DNA of 64,000 nucleotides from Candidatus Woesearchaeota archaeon (GCA_016219865.1 JACRKF010000033.1:123954-187953); one strand, 5' to 3'; shown: positions 46,402 to 55,976, numbered from the stretch's first letter. Numbers and translations: made by a program. Notes: generated by a model not told the origin, from the sequence alone.

Positions 46402-47118
46402 ATGGTAATAAGCAAAAAAAACTGGAAAATATCAATAATCATCCCAACATTTAATGAAAGTAAAAATATAACAACATTAGTTACACAATTATTTGCAATT
46501 GCAAAAAAAGAGAGTTTAAATCTAGAATTAATCATTGTTGATGACAATTCTCCGGATAAAACAGGGGAGATTGCAGAGCAATTAGCTAAAAGATTTCCAA
46601 TCAAGTGCATTCATAGAGAAGGAAAACTAGGTTTAGGCACAGCAGTTGTTGCAGGATTCAAAGCTGCATCTGGCAATATTCTTGGAGTGATGGATGCTGA
46701 CTTAAGTCATCCTCCTGATATTTTTCCTGAGCTTGTTAAGCCAATAATCGAAAATAATTATGATTTAACAATAGGCAGCAGATATGTAAAAGGTGGCGGC
46801 GTAGAAGTTTGGCCATTTCATCGAAAGATAATCAGCCTTGGCGCAACTTATTTAGCATATCCATTAACAAAGATAAAAGATCCTGTTTCAGGATTGTTTT
46901 TCTTCAAGAAAGAAGTAATTGACAATATTGAGCTTGGCGCAAAAGGCTATAAAATTGGTCTGGAGATATTTGTAAAAGGAAATTATAAAAAATACAAAGA
47001 AGTTCCATACATGTTTAGAAATAGGATTTACGGAGAAAGCAAAATAGGCTCAGGAGAATTCGTAGACTACATTAAGAATGTACTAAGATTAGCAAAGTAT
47101 AAGCTGCTCAAGAAATAA
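46402..47118 (+). CDS. GT2 polyprenol-phosphate glycosyltransferase (dolichol-phosphate mannose synthase-like)
   Basis: ISIIIPTFNESKNI, LIIVDDNSPDKTGEIA, MDADLSHPP (the Dpm1 signature). Confidence 0.75.
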   Translation: MVISKKNWKISIIIPTFNESKNITTLVTQLFAIAKKESLNLELIIVDDNSPDKTGEIAEQLAKRFPIKCIHREGKLGLGTAVVAGFKAASGNILGVMDADLSHPPDIFPELVKPIIENNYDLTIGSRYVKGGGVEVWPFHRKIISLGATYLAYPLTKIKDPVSGLFFFKKEVIDNIELGAKGYKIGLEIFVKGNYKKYKEVPYMFRNRIYGESKIGSGEFVDYIKNVLRLAKYKLLKK

Positions 47119-47140
47119 AGAGAACTTTGCAAAATTCTCT
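47119..47140. repeat. PAL2 palindrome, copy 5 (abuts the stop codon of the Dpm1-like gene)
   Basis: AGAGAACTTTGCAAAATTCTCT. Confidence 0.55.
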
Positions 47141-47223
47141 AAAAAGATAAATAAAAATAAAGAAAAAATTAAACGAAGAATGAATAGCCGTATCGTACGC
47201 TTTGTCGTTACATAGGCTATTCA

Positions 47224-47250
47224 TAAATTCGAACGAAGTGAGAATTTATG
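47224..47250 (+). repeat. HP1 hairpin repeat, copy i (its 3' arm contains the ATG of the downstream rSAM gene)
   Basis: ATAAATTC-GAACGAAGTGA-GAATTTAT. Confidence 0.5.
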
Positions 47251-48264
47251 AATTTATTACAAATTGTAAAAAAACCATTTCAGTATGCAAATACTGCTAG
47301 AAAATTTACAGGATATAATCTGCTTAAACACAGAACTCCTGTTTCAGTAGGTTTTATTATTACTCATCGGTGTAATTTTCGTTGCACATATTGCGATTCT
47401 CCAAATCAGGTGGAAGATGAGATGACAACAGAGCAGATATTTGCTATGATTGATGAATTGGCAGATATGGGTTTAGAAAGACTTGGTATTACTGGCGGAG
47501 AACCAACATTGCGCATGGACATTGGAAAGATAATTGATCATGCAAAAAGCAAAGGCATGGTTGTAACAATGGTAACAAATGGTTCATTATTGAACGAAAA
47601 AAGATTGGGTGAGATAAAAAATCTTAATCTGCTGCTTATGAGTTTTGATGGTCCTGCTGAGATTCACAACACAACCAGAGTCAGGGCATCTTATGATAGA
47701 TTAATGGAAACAATCAAGCTTGTGCGAAGCAAAGGCATTCCTCTCTGGACAGAAACAGTGTTAACAAAGTTTAATCTAGATCAGATTGATTTCATCTTAG
47801 ATAAAGCAGATGAGCTTGATTTCAAATGTTTATTTCAGCCAGTATTTAATTATCCATTAGCAAGAGATAAAGAAACAATCAGCAGCATAACTCCGTCAAC
47901 TGAAGAATTCAAAAAAACAATGGACCATATAATCGCTGCAAAAAAAGCAGGAAGAAAAGTTGTTGGTTCAGTTTCCTATTTTGAATTTTTAAAAGATAAA
48001 TATCCAAGGAGTGAGAAATATGGCTGCAAAGCAGGTGAGATTTCAGCAGCAATCACTCCATCAGGACAAGTTGTCCCTTGTCATTTTGTCATTAAAGATG
48101 GAAGAAAATGGCCAAATGGCAATCAAATTGGTTTTCGTGAAGCATTTGCGCAAATTGGCGACAAAGGATGCAAGGGTTGCTTTTGCAATGCATACTGGGA
48201 ACTTAATTTCATTTCATCATTCAAGCCAGAAGCAGTTATAAATGCGCTGCAAAATAGGATATGA
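47248..48264 (+). CDS. radical SAM enzyme with a SPASM-like C-terminal domain
   Basis: IITHRCNFRCTYCDSP; C-terminal YGCKAGE..VPCHF..GCKGCFCNAYWE. Confidence 0.75.
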   Translation: MNLLQIVKKPFQYANTARKFTGYNLLKHRTPVSVGFIITHRCNFRCTYCDSPNQVEDEMTTEQIFAMIDELADMGLERLGITGGEPTLRMDIGKIIDHAKSKGMVVTMVTNGSLLNEKRLGEIKNLNLLLMSFDGPAEIHNTTRVRASYDRLMETIKLVRSKGIPLWTETVLTKFNLDQIDFILDKADELDFKCLFQPVFNYPLARDKETISSITPSTEEFKKTMDHIIAAKKAGRKVVGSVSYFEFLKDKYPRSEKYGCKAGEISAAITPSGQVVPCHFVIKDGRKWPNGNQIGFREAFAQIGDKGCKGCFCNAYWELNFISSFKPEAVINALQNRI

Positions 48265-48329
48265 TATTGAAAGGATATGTAATTTCGTATTTAATCATAA
48301 AAAAACCGTCGAAGGAGGATTTTTTTATA

Positions 48330-49403
48330 ATGAAACAAATTTCACTTGTAAAACAGATGATAAAAAGTAAACTTACGAGTACGCCCTACAAATTAAACTT
48401 TGTAACAACAGCAGCATGCAACAGCAAATGTGTAACTTGCAACATTTGGAAAGTTTATTTAGATAATCCTGCTGTAATAAAAAATGAATTAACATTAGAT
48501 GAATTAAAAAAAATATTTGATGCTCTTCCTGATACAATTAGTTGGCTGAGTTTAACAGGTGGTGAACCTTTTCTTAGAACAGATTTGGCTGACATCATGA
48601 TTGAAGCGCAGAAAAGAATTAAAAATCTTAAATTATTAAGCATGCCAAATAATGGATTAATTCCAGAAAGAGTAATTGATTGTTTAAAAAAAGTTCTTGC
48701 AGATAAAAAGCACGTTCCAATAATCATGACCTTTTCAATTGATGGTCCTGAAGAAATCCATGATGTTGTTCGCGGTGTAAAAGGCGGATACAGGAGAACA
48801 ATGGATGCATATACGCAAGTGAAAGAGCTTACAAAAGATGATCCTCATTTTCTTGTAGCAATAGAAACAACAATCTCCTCTAGAAATGTTAAATACTTAT
48901 ATGATTGGTTTGAAATTTTGTTTAAGCAAGACCATAAAGTTTCGGTTACAGTTGCTCATGAAGCTTATTTATACAAAAATACAAGTAATCAATTAGGGAT
49001 TACACCTCGAGATCATATTGCTGAGATTAAAAGGATTACAAAACTATTTAATAAACATTTAAGCGTTATGAATCCAAAACAATTGATGGAGCGATTATAT
49101 ATGAAGAAAATCCCAGTATTTCTCGAGAAGAATGATAATAAGCAGATAGTGCCTTGTCAATCATTATCAGCTTCAATTGCGATGAATTCATTCGGAGAAT
49201 TAACACCTTGTTTAATGTGGGATAAGAAACTTGCAAACATAAGAGAATTCGATTACGATTTAAAAAAAGTGCTTGCATTGCAGTCAACAAAAGATGTTCG
49301 TCAGATGATCAAACTGGAGAAATGTCCAAATTGCTGGACCCCGTGTGAAGCATATCAAAGTATTTTCTGGGCTTTAGCGAATGGAAAATATCTGAAAGCA
49401 TAA
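48330..49403 (+). CDS. radical SAM enzyme with a SPASM/twitch-like C-terminus
   Basis: TTAACNSKCVTCNIW; C-terminal CPNCWTPCEAY. The start at 48330 follows an aaggagga Shine-Dalgarno-like motif and is preferred over the track start 48261. Confidence 0.7.
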   Translation: MKQISLVKQMIKSKLTSTPYKLNFVTTAACNSKCVTCNIWKVYLDNPAVIKNELTLDELKKIFDALPDTISWLSLTGGEPFLRTDLADIMIEAQKRIKNLKLLSMPNNGLIPERVIDCLKKVLADKKHVPIIMTFSIDGPEEIHDVVRGVKGGYRRTMDAYTQVKELTKDDPHFLVAIETTISSRNVKYLYDWFEILFKQDHKVSVTVAHEAYLYKNTSNQLGITPRDHIAEIKRITKLFNKHLSVMNPKQLMERLYMKKIPVFLEKNDNKQIVPCQSLSASIAMNSFGELTPCLMWDKKLANIREFDYDLKKVLALQSTKDVRQMIKLEKCPNCWTPCEAYQSIFWALANGKYLKA

Positions 49404-49478
49404 TTAATTTTGCAAAACTCTTGTTTTGCAAAATTATTCCACAAGCAATATAAAGCCTTCTTTTTACACATACAAATA

Positions 49479-51128
49479 ATGGTAAAATTAGTTAATCTCA
49501 TCAAAGAACATAAAGAATTAGTGTTAATTCTTTTGATTTTTGCTATCTTAAAATTAACTTTTCTTTCTCACCCATTAGTCAGCTTAGAATACATGTACAC
49601 AACACCAGCAGAAAGAATCATACAACACAATTTCTCATTTAACTGGAACTATCTGATGTACTATTTTGAAAATATGTCAAATCCATTATTAACTTCATTT
49701 ATAATAATTCCTGGAATACTTTTGTTTGGTTTCTCAGAATTTATTGCAAGATTTCCAATTCTTATTGCTGCAATACTTTTCTTATTAACAATTTATTATT
49801 TCGCAAATAATTTTTATAATAAAAAGATAGCAATAATCGCAACTCTTTTATTTGCGTTGAATCCATTAATCTGGCTTTATAGTGGGCAGATTACAACTGA
49901 TATTATTTTCACATTTTTTATATCTATTGCTTTGCTTTTCTGCATTAATGGACTGCTTAATAAAAAATATTTAAACATTTTCATCTCAGCTATATTTATT
50001 GCTCTTGCAATGCTGACAAAATATATTGCATCATTATATTATATATTGATTCTGATTTTCATACTTGTCACAGTGCAAGAATCAACCAAAAAATATGTTT
50101 TTTCATTGCAGAATCTGAAAAGAATTATTTTACAAGGCTTACCCTATTTATTATTTCTGGCAATCTTAGTTATTCCTTATATCTTATTGATGTTTCTCCA
50201 ATTTGGATTTGTAATGCACCCAAACTTAGTTGATTTAGCATGGAGAGATGGTGGAATTTTACAGCAATTGCCTCTCAGAATTTTTGGTTATTTTGTCTGG
50301 GCAGCTATTTTTATTGGGTTGCTTTATCCTGTAGTTTTATATGATCTTTACAGCAGATTAAAGAGATACATTTCCATGAAGCAAATAATATTTTTCACAT
50401 CTTTGCTAGTTGTTCTTAATCTAATTTTATTTTTCTCAATTGATCTTGCAAAATTACATTATCTTGGAGAACTTCATTTTGGAGGTTTGACAGCATTGTT
50501 CTCACTGTTTATTTTAAAATTAATACTCGCTGTTCTTCTTTTCCTTGGAGAATTGTTAGTAATAACAATTCTCCTTTGGTTTATACAAGGCAATCTGTTA
50601 GAAAAATATCTTTCATTCTGGATACTTTATTCATTTGTTGTATTAGCAACAGCTCGTCCAACACAGCGATATTTGATGCTTATTCTCCCTCCACTCGTAA
50701 TCTATTTAGCTCTAATGATTAATCAACTGCTCCAAAATATAAAAATAAGAAAATATGCCTTCTTGATAGTAGCATTGCATATTTTTTTATTTTTATTGGC
50801 AAACCTCTTTTTGTCAGTCTACGAATACAAACTAGGTTATGCTGCAAAAGATATTGCTGATTACATCAAACAAAATAATTTAGAAACACAGATTAATTTT
50901 GACATTATTGGTCACAATTATTATCTTTTGATTGACACTCAAACTTATCCATTAGACAATCGAAATCTTGTGCTTTTTGCTGATACTCGTCCATATCTTG
51001 CAACTGACAAAAGCAATCTTGGTAAAGGAAAGTTTGCTGGAGAGTTTGATATAGTCAAAGAATCAAAAGTAGAAATTCTTGGTATAAAGATTAAAGATTT
51101 TGTAGTTGCAAAGAGGCTAAACAAATAG
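49479..51128 (+). CDS. GT-C fold polytopic membrane glycosyltransferase (ArnT/PMT-like)
   Basis: About 12 TM helices with the hydrophobic layout typical of GT-C enzymes. An internal start (MVKLVNL..) is preferred over the track start at 49410. Confidence 0.5.
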   Translation: MVKLVNLIKEHKELVLILLIFAILKLTFLSHPLVSLEYMYTTPAERIIQHNFSFNWNYLMYYFENMSNPLLTSFIIIPGILLFGFSEFIARFPILIAAILFLLTIYYFANNFYNKKIAIIATLLFALNPLIWLYSGQITTDIIFTFFISIALLFCINGLLNKKYLNIFISAIFIALAMLTKYIASLYYILILIFILVTVQESTKKYVFSLQNLKRIILQGLPYLLFLAILVIPYILLMFLQFGFVMHPNLVDLAWRDGGILQQLPLRIFGYFVWAAIFIGLLYPVVLYDLYSRLKRYISMKQIIFFTSLLVVLNLILFFSIDLAKLHYLGELHFGGLTALFSLFILKLILAVLLFLGELLVITILLWFIQGNLLEKYLSFWILYSFVVLATARPTQRYLMLILPPLVIYLALMINQLLQNIKIRKYAFLIVALHIFLFLLANLFLSVYEYKLGYAAKDIADYIKQNNLETQINFDIIGHNYYLLIDTQTYPLDNRNLVLFADTRPYLATDKSNLGKGKFAGEFDIVKESKVEILGIKIKDFVVAKRLNK

Positions 51129-51271
51129 ATTTATATATAACTATTCTTTAAGAATATATTATTATTATTATATTATTTTAATGAATTTTTTTATATTATG
51201 AGCGGTAAATTAATTGCGAGGCAATTATGGCTTTTGATTTCGAATAAATAAAAAAAAGAAGGTGTTTAATT

Positions 51272-52825
51272 ATGGGAAAAAAAGAGAATTCAGGATGTAT
51301 GTCTAAATATTATTTAGCATTAGTTGCAATTGTCGCAATTGTTGCGATTGTGAGTTTGTTTAAGTTAGCAGGAGGAAGTTCTGGTGGTTCATCATCAGGA
51401 TTATTCAGTGCAAATAAAGATTTGACTGGAAATGCTGTCTATGTTGCGCAAGATGTTTACTCAATTAAACCAAAGACTGATATTAAACTTTATGAAAAAG
51501 ACACCAAATCATGTACTGGTTTAACATCAATCGATGTTGATTCAGTATTAAATAAGTCAGAAGTAAAGGTTGTACGGTTAGTTGAAACAATAAAATTAGG
51601 TAAAAAACAAAAGAAAGAGGTAGCTGTAAGCCTCGCATCAAAGTGTTATAATTCTAAAGAACCAAATACATTACTCCATTATTATTGTGATCAAAATCTT
51701 GCTCATATTGTAAGATTAGATTGTAAAAATGGTTGTAAAGATGGCGCATGTATTGCTCCTCCAGTTCCTGTTGCAGTTCAACAACCGATTTCTTGTGAAG
51801 AAGATAATGAATGTCCTTCTGGTTCAGTATGTGATACAGCATCAACATGGACATGCGTACCAAGTACTTCTGCGCCAAGTGCTCCATCACCAAAAGAAGA
51901 AACAAAAGAAGTTCAAAAAGTGCCAATTGAAACTGCCGAAACTGCCCAGCAAAAAGAGCAAAAAATCTCAATAACTCCGCAATGTGATATTATATATGAT
52001 TATAATGGAGACGGTTATGTTGGAAAGAAAGATAGTGACTTTTTATCTCAGTTGTTATTAAAAACAGTTACATGTCCTACTGGAAAAACGTGTGATATTA
52101 ATGGAGATAAGAAAGTAAGCAGTGTTGATCTTCAATTATTTGTAACTAAAAACCAAGCTTGTATAGATGCATCAGCTGCTAATCCAGCTTTAGAAAAATC
52201 AGTTTGTGGCAATAATTTTATTGAAACAGGAGAATTATGTGATGGGATTCAATTAATCTCCAAAACTTGTCCAGCAGGAAAAACAGGAAGTATTGTATGT
52301 AAAAGTGATTGCAGTGATGTAGATACAAGTGGATGTAAATCTTTAGCAGAAACTTGTAAAGAAACAGCTAAGACTATAGAATCTGGTATTCTTATGAATG
52401 GTGCTTACACACCAACTACTTATCAGAAAGGCAAGTCTTATTGTGGTTCAGCGCTAGTGCTAGTAATTGCTGAATTATCCTATAAAGCTGCAAGTGTTAC
52501 ACCATTAAAATGTGAAAATGGAATCATTGTTAATCAAACAACAATTTGTCCAAATGGTTGTGATACAGAATCAGGAAAGTGTAAATTAGACTGTAATACA
52601 TTATCTTTAAATGATACAACCTGGGTGAATTACACCAATCCATACAGCGATAGTCCGCCTTATTATGCAACACCAACATATAGGTGTAATAGTGAATGGA
52701 GTAGTATTAAAGGAAATTATTGGACATTAGTTAACACATCTTGTAATTATTTAAACAATTCAGCAGGAGTTGAAACAAAAGAATGTTTTACTAAGTGTGA
52801 TAAAATAAATGGTATGTGCCAATAA
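51272..52825 (+). CDS. membrane-anchored, Cys-rich extracellular protein carrying a dockerin-type double Ca-binding repeat
   Basis: N-terminal TM helix (LALVAIVAIVAIVSLF); dockerin repeats DYNGDGYVGKKDSDFLSQLLLK and DINGDKKVSSVDLQLFVTK; many Cys. Confidence 0.6.
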   Translation: MGKKENSGCMSKYYLALVAIVAIVAIVSLFKLAGGSSGGSSSGLFSANKDLTGNAVYVAQDVYSIKPKTDIKLYEKDTKSCTGLTSIDVDSVLNKSEVKVVRLVETIKLGKKQKKEVAVSLASKCYNSKEPNTLLHYYCDQNLAHIVRLDCKNGCKDGACIAPPVPVAVQQPISCEEDNECPSGSVCDTASTWTCVPSTSAPSAPSPKEETKEVQKVPIETAETAQQKEQKISITPQCDIIYDYNGDGYVGKKDSDFLSQLLLKTVTCPTGKTCDINGDKKVSSVDLQLFVTKNQACIDASAANPALEKSVCGNNFIETGELCDGIQLISKTCPAGKTGSIVCKSDCSDVDTSGCKSLAETCKETAKTIESGILMNGAYTPTTYQKGKSYCGSALVLVIAELSYKAASVTPLKCENGIIVNQTTICPNGCDTESGKCKLDCNTLSLNDTTWVNYTNPYSDSPPYYATPTYRCNSEWSSIKGNYWTLVNTSCNYLNNSAGVETKECFTKCDKINGMCQ

Positions 52826-52845
52826 TTAATTTTTTTCTCTTTTTT

Positions 52846-52868
52846 TTGCATTGTGAGGAGAATTTTAC
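52846..52868. repeat. PAL2-related palindrome, copy 6
   Basis: GAGGAGAATTTTACAAATTCTCC. Confidence 0.45.
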
Positions 52869-52927
52869 AAATTCTCCAAACAAGCAAAAAAATACATTTA
52901 TAAACCAAACACCATTTATCTCTTGTC

Positions 52928-54049
52928 ATGACTCATGAACATTCATCATTATTCGGATTGCCTAATGAGGAGAATTTTGCGTTGCAAAATTCTCTCAAAC
53001 AAAAATTATTGGTAAAAGATGACTTATTTACAGATATTCTTGGACAGCAGAAAGTAAAACATAATCTAAAGTCTGCATTATTAATGTCTAGGCACGTTAT
53101 TATTCTTGGCCCTCCAGGAATTGGCAAGACAACATTGGCAAAAAATATTGCAAAATTATTGCCAAGCATCACAGTTAATGATTGTGGTTATCATTGCACT
53201 CCGGAGAATCCAATCTGTCCATCATGCTTGCAAGCGCATCAACAGAGACACAAGATAAAGACAAAAGAGATTTCTGGAACAGAACGTTTCATCAGAGTGC
53301 AAGGTTCTCCTGATTTAACTGCTGAAGATCTGCTTGGAGACATTGATCCTGTCAAAGCTATTAAATTTGGTGGATTAAGCATTGAAGCATTTACACCAGG
53401 AAAAATATTTAAGGCAAACAATGGTATTTTATTCTTTGACGAATTAAATCGAGCGCCAGAAAAACTGCAGAATGCATTATTGCAAGTTTTAGAAGAAGGA
53501 AAAATAACAATTGGCAGTTACGATGTTGATTTTCAGGTTAATTTTATTTTTATTGCAACGATGAATCCAAAAGATGCAACAACAGAAAGATTAGCGGATG
53601 TATTGCTTGACCGTTTTGATATGTTGTATATGGGATATCCTGAAACTATTGCAATTGAGATGAAAATCTTAGAATTGAAAGGAAAAAAGCTTCCAGTAAC
53701 TTTTCCAGAGCATTTGATACATTACATTGTTGCATTTATCCATGAATTGAGAGATAACAAAAATCTTGAGCAAGTGCCAAGTGTGCGAGCAACTTTAGGG
53801 TTATATGAACGAAGCCAAAGCAATGCTCTTCTAAAAAATCATAAAGAAGTTGCAATGGAAGACATCAAAGAAGTGATGGAATCAGTTCTTCCTCACAGAA
53901 TAAAATTAAAGCCAAGTGTAAAATTATTATCAGATCCCGCGCAATTTGTGAAAGATGAATTGGAAAGATTTTCTGATTCCAAACAATATCGAGAATCAAA
54001 AAGAACTATGGAAGAAGATCTTGAAACTACGCGGGATGGTTCTACCTGA
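52928..54049 (+). CDS. MoxR-family AAA+ ATPase with a Cys4 insertion after Walker A
   Basis: Walker A ILGPPGIGKTT, Walker B ILFFDELNRAPEKLQNALLQVLEE, and an inserted DCGYHCTPENPICPSC. The true start is probably downstream of 52928, because a PAL2 palindrome occupies 52967-52996. Confidence 0.75.
   Translation: MTHEHSSLFGLPNEENFALQNSLKQKLLVKDDLFTDILGQQKVKHNLKSALLMSRHVIILGPPGIGKTTLAKNIAKLLPSITVNDCGYHCTPENPICPSCLQAHQQRHKIKTKEISGTERFIRVQGSPDLTAEDLLGDIDPVKAIKFGGLSIEAFTPGKIFKANNGILFFDELNRAPEKLQNALLQVLEEGKITIGSYDVDFQVNFIFIATMNPKDATTERLADVLLDRFDMLYMGYPETIAIEMKILELKGKKLPVTFPEHLIHYIVAFIHELRDNKNLEQVPSVRATLGLYERSQSNALLKNHKEVAMEDIKEVMESVLPHRIKLKPSVKLLSDPAQFVKDELERFSDSKQYRESKRTMEEDLETTRDGST
52948..52996. 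repeat. PAL2 palindrome copy 7, with a CGGATTGCCTAAT box
   Basis: tCGGATTGCCTAATgaGGAGAATTTTGC-gtt-GCAAAATTCTCtc. Confidence 0.5.
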
Positions 54050-55232
54050 CGAGAAAAAAAATGATAATGTTTCAGTTGCTTCAATGTCGCCAATTGAAGA
54101 ACTATCTGGCAAATTAAAATTTGAAAACGTTGACGACAAATTATTGCATTCTGTATTAGAAAATGACAAGCAAACAATTGATGAAGGCAGAATTATACAA
54201 GACGCAATTAATAATAATATCTCCTCATTCACTCCTGACCTAATGCTTGAAAATCTTGTAAAAGACTTTCAGCAGGCAAAGAATATTTATGGTGAAAGTA
54301 TTATGCGTCTTCTTTCAGGTTACAATTCAAATTATGTGGAAAAAAACATCAAGCTGCCGGAATTTCAGAGGGAACTAAGAAAAAAGATGAATGAAAAGCT
54401 GCATGAATTGAGGGATAAAAAACTAATCACAAAAGAAAATACAATCTCTGAAAAAGGTATAGAACTAGCATCTTTAATATTGTGTGTTGAAGAAATTAAT
54501 AATCTTTTGCCAACAGGTATTTTTGGGGAGAAAATACATAAAAAAAGAAATGTGTATGGTGATCCGATTGATATTAACAATTACAAAAAAGGTTCGCATT
54601 ACAGAAATATTGCTGTGCGTTCATCAATAAAAGTTGCTGCAAGAAGAAAACATAGCAATATTCTTTTAGAAGATCTGAGAGTTTATCAACGTCAGCAAAA
54701 AGGCGCAGTTTATTTAATTTACGCAGTTGATGCTTCAGGAAGCATGAAAGGCAAGAAGATAGCAACTGCAAAAAAAGCAGGCGTTGCATTAGCATATAAA
54801 GCAACAGAAGAGCAAGATAATGTTGGTTTGCTTGTATTTGGCAAAGAGGTTATCAATGAAGTGCATCCAACAACAAATTTTATAGAGTTATTAAAAGCAA
54901 TTGCAACAATTAAATCCTCCTCAGAAACAAATTTTTCTGCAATGATTGAACGTGCTATCCAATTATTTCCAACATTTCCTGCAACAAAACATTTGCTTAT
55001 TCTTTCAGATGCTTTGCCAACTTTTGGAGAAAATCCAATACAAGAAACACTTACTGCATGTGAAAAAGCATTGCTTGCTGGCATTACAATTTCTGTTATT
55101 GGCATTGATCTTGATAAGCAAGGAAAGCAATTAGCAGAAAACATAGTGCAGATTACCAACGGAAAGCTTTATGCTGTCAAGAACTTAGAGGAGCTTGACC
55201 AGATAGTGCTGCAGGATTATTATTCTTTATAA
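54036..55232 (+). CDS. von Willebrand factor A (VWA) domain protein, the MoxR partner
   Basis: MIDAS motif VYLIYAVDASGSM. The start at 54036 (MVLPDEK) overlaps the upstream stop by 14 nt, which suggests translational coupling. Confidence 0.7.
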   Translation: MVLPDEKKNDNVSVASMSPIEELSGKLKFENVDDKLLHSVLENDKQTIDEGRIIQDAINNNISSFTPDLMLENLVKDFQQAKNIYGESIMRLLSGYNSNYVEKNIKLPEFQRELRKKMNEKLHELRDKKLITKENTISEKGIELASLILCVEEINNLLPTGIFGEKIHKKRNVYGDPIDINNYKKGSHYRNIAVRSSIKVAARRKHSNILLEDLRVYQRQQKGAVYLIYAVDASGSMKGKKIATAKKAGVALAYKATEEQDNVGLLVFGKEVINEVHPTTNFIELLKAIATIKSSSETNFSAMIERAIQLFPTFPATKHLLILSDALPTFGENPIQETLTACEKALLAGITISVIGIDLDKQGKQLAENIVQITNGKLYAVKNLEELDQIVLQDYYSL

Positions 55233-55299
55233 TACCATATATTTATATAACAGCGCTCCTGTCCTATAAAAACCGACAGAATGGAGGTTTTTATTTAAT

Positions 55300-55896
55300 A
55301 TGAAGATATTGGCATGTTCAGATATTCATGGCAGTGTTAAAGCGCTGAATATAATAAAACAGAAAGTAAAATTTTCTGATATGGTCATCTGCTGTGGTGA
55401 TTTTACTATATTTGGCAATGGAATTGAAGCAATTCTAAAAATATTTAATTCTTTCAATAAACAAGTTTTATTGGTTGCTGGCAATCATGAAGATCATCTC
55501 AATCTAGAAAATATCTGCAAGAAATATAGCAATATACTTTATTTACATAATAAAGGTGTGGTTATCAATAATATTTTTTTCTTTGGCAATAACACAAATG
55601 GTTTTACTTACAATGATCAAGTATTTGAAAATGAAATAAAACACGTAATTCCTATTCTCAAGAAATACAAAGATAAAAAAAAAGTACTGCTTACTCATTC
55701 CCCTCCTTTTGGCACAAGAGCAGATTTAATAATTGACAGGCACTGCGGCAATAAATCAGTGCGTCATTTCTTGATTGAAAACAAAATAGATTACAGCTTC
55801 TGCGGTCATATTCATGAAGCAGCAAATACAATCACACAAATGCAAAAAACAGTTGTAGTAAACTCCGGCGCATATGGTGTGTTGGTAACTATCTGA
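55300..55896 (+). CDS. calcineurin-like metallophosphoesterase
   Basis: ACSDIHG, CCGDF, AGNHED, THSPP, GHIH. Confidence 0.75.
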   Translation: MKILACSDIHGSVKALNIIKQKVKFSDMVICCGDFTIFGNGIEAILKIFNSFNKQVLLVAGNHEDHLNLENICKKYSNILYLHNKGVVINNIFFFGNNTNGFTYNDQVFENEIKHVIPILKKYKDKKKVLLTHSPPFGTRADLIIDRHCGNKSVRHFLIENKIDYSFCGHIHEAANTITQMQKTVVVNSGAYGVLVTI

Positions 55897-55976
55897 ATTG
55901 ATTAATGATTATATTTCCGATCATTTTTTATCTCAATTAATTTTTCATTGTTAATCTCTTTCGTAATCCTTTCTCT

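Noticed and set aside
46329-46610. Minus-strand 93-aa ORF overlapping the start of the Dpm1-like GT gene
   Set aside because: Begins inside the 17-bp inverted repeat and lies antisense to a well-supported GT2 gene.
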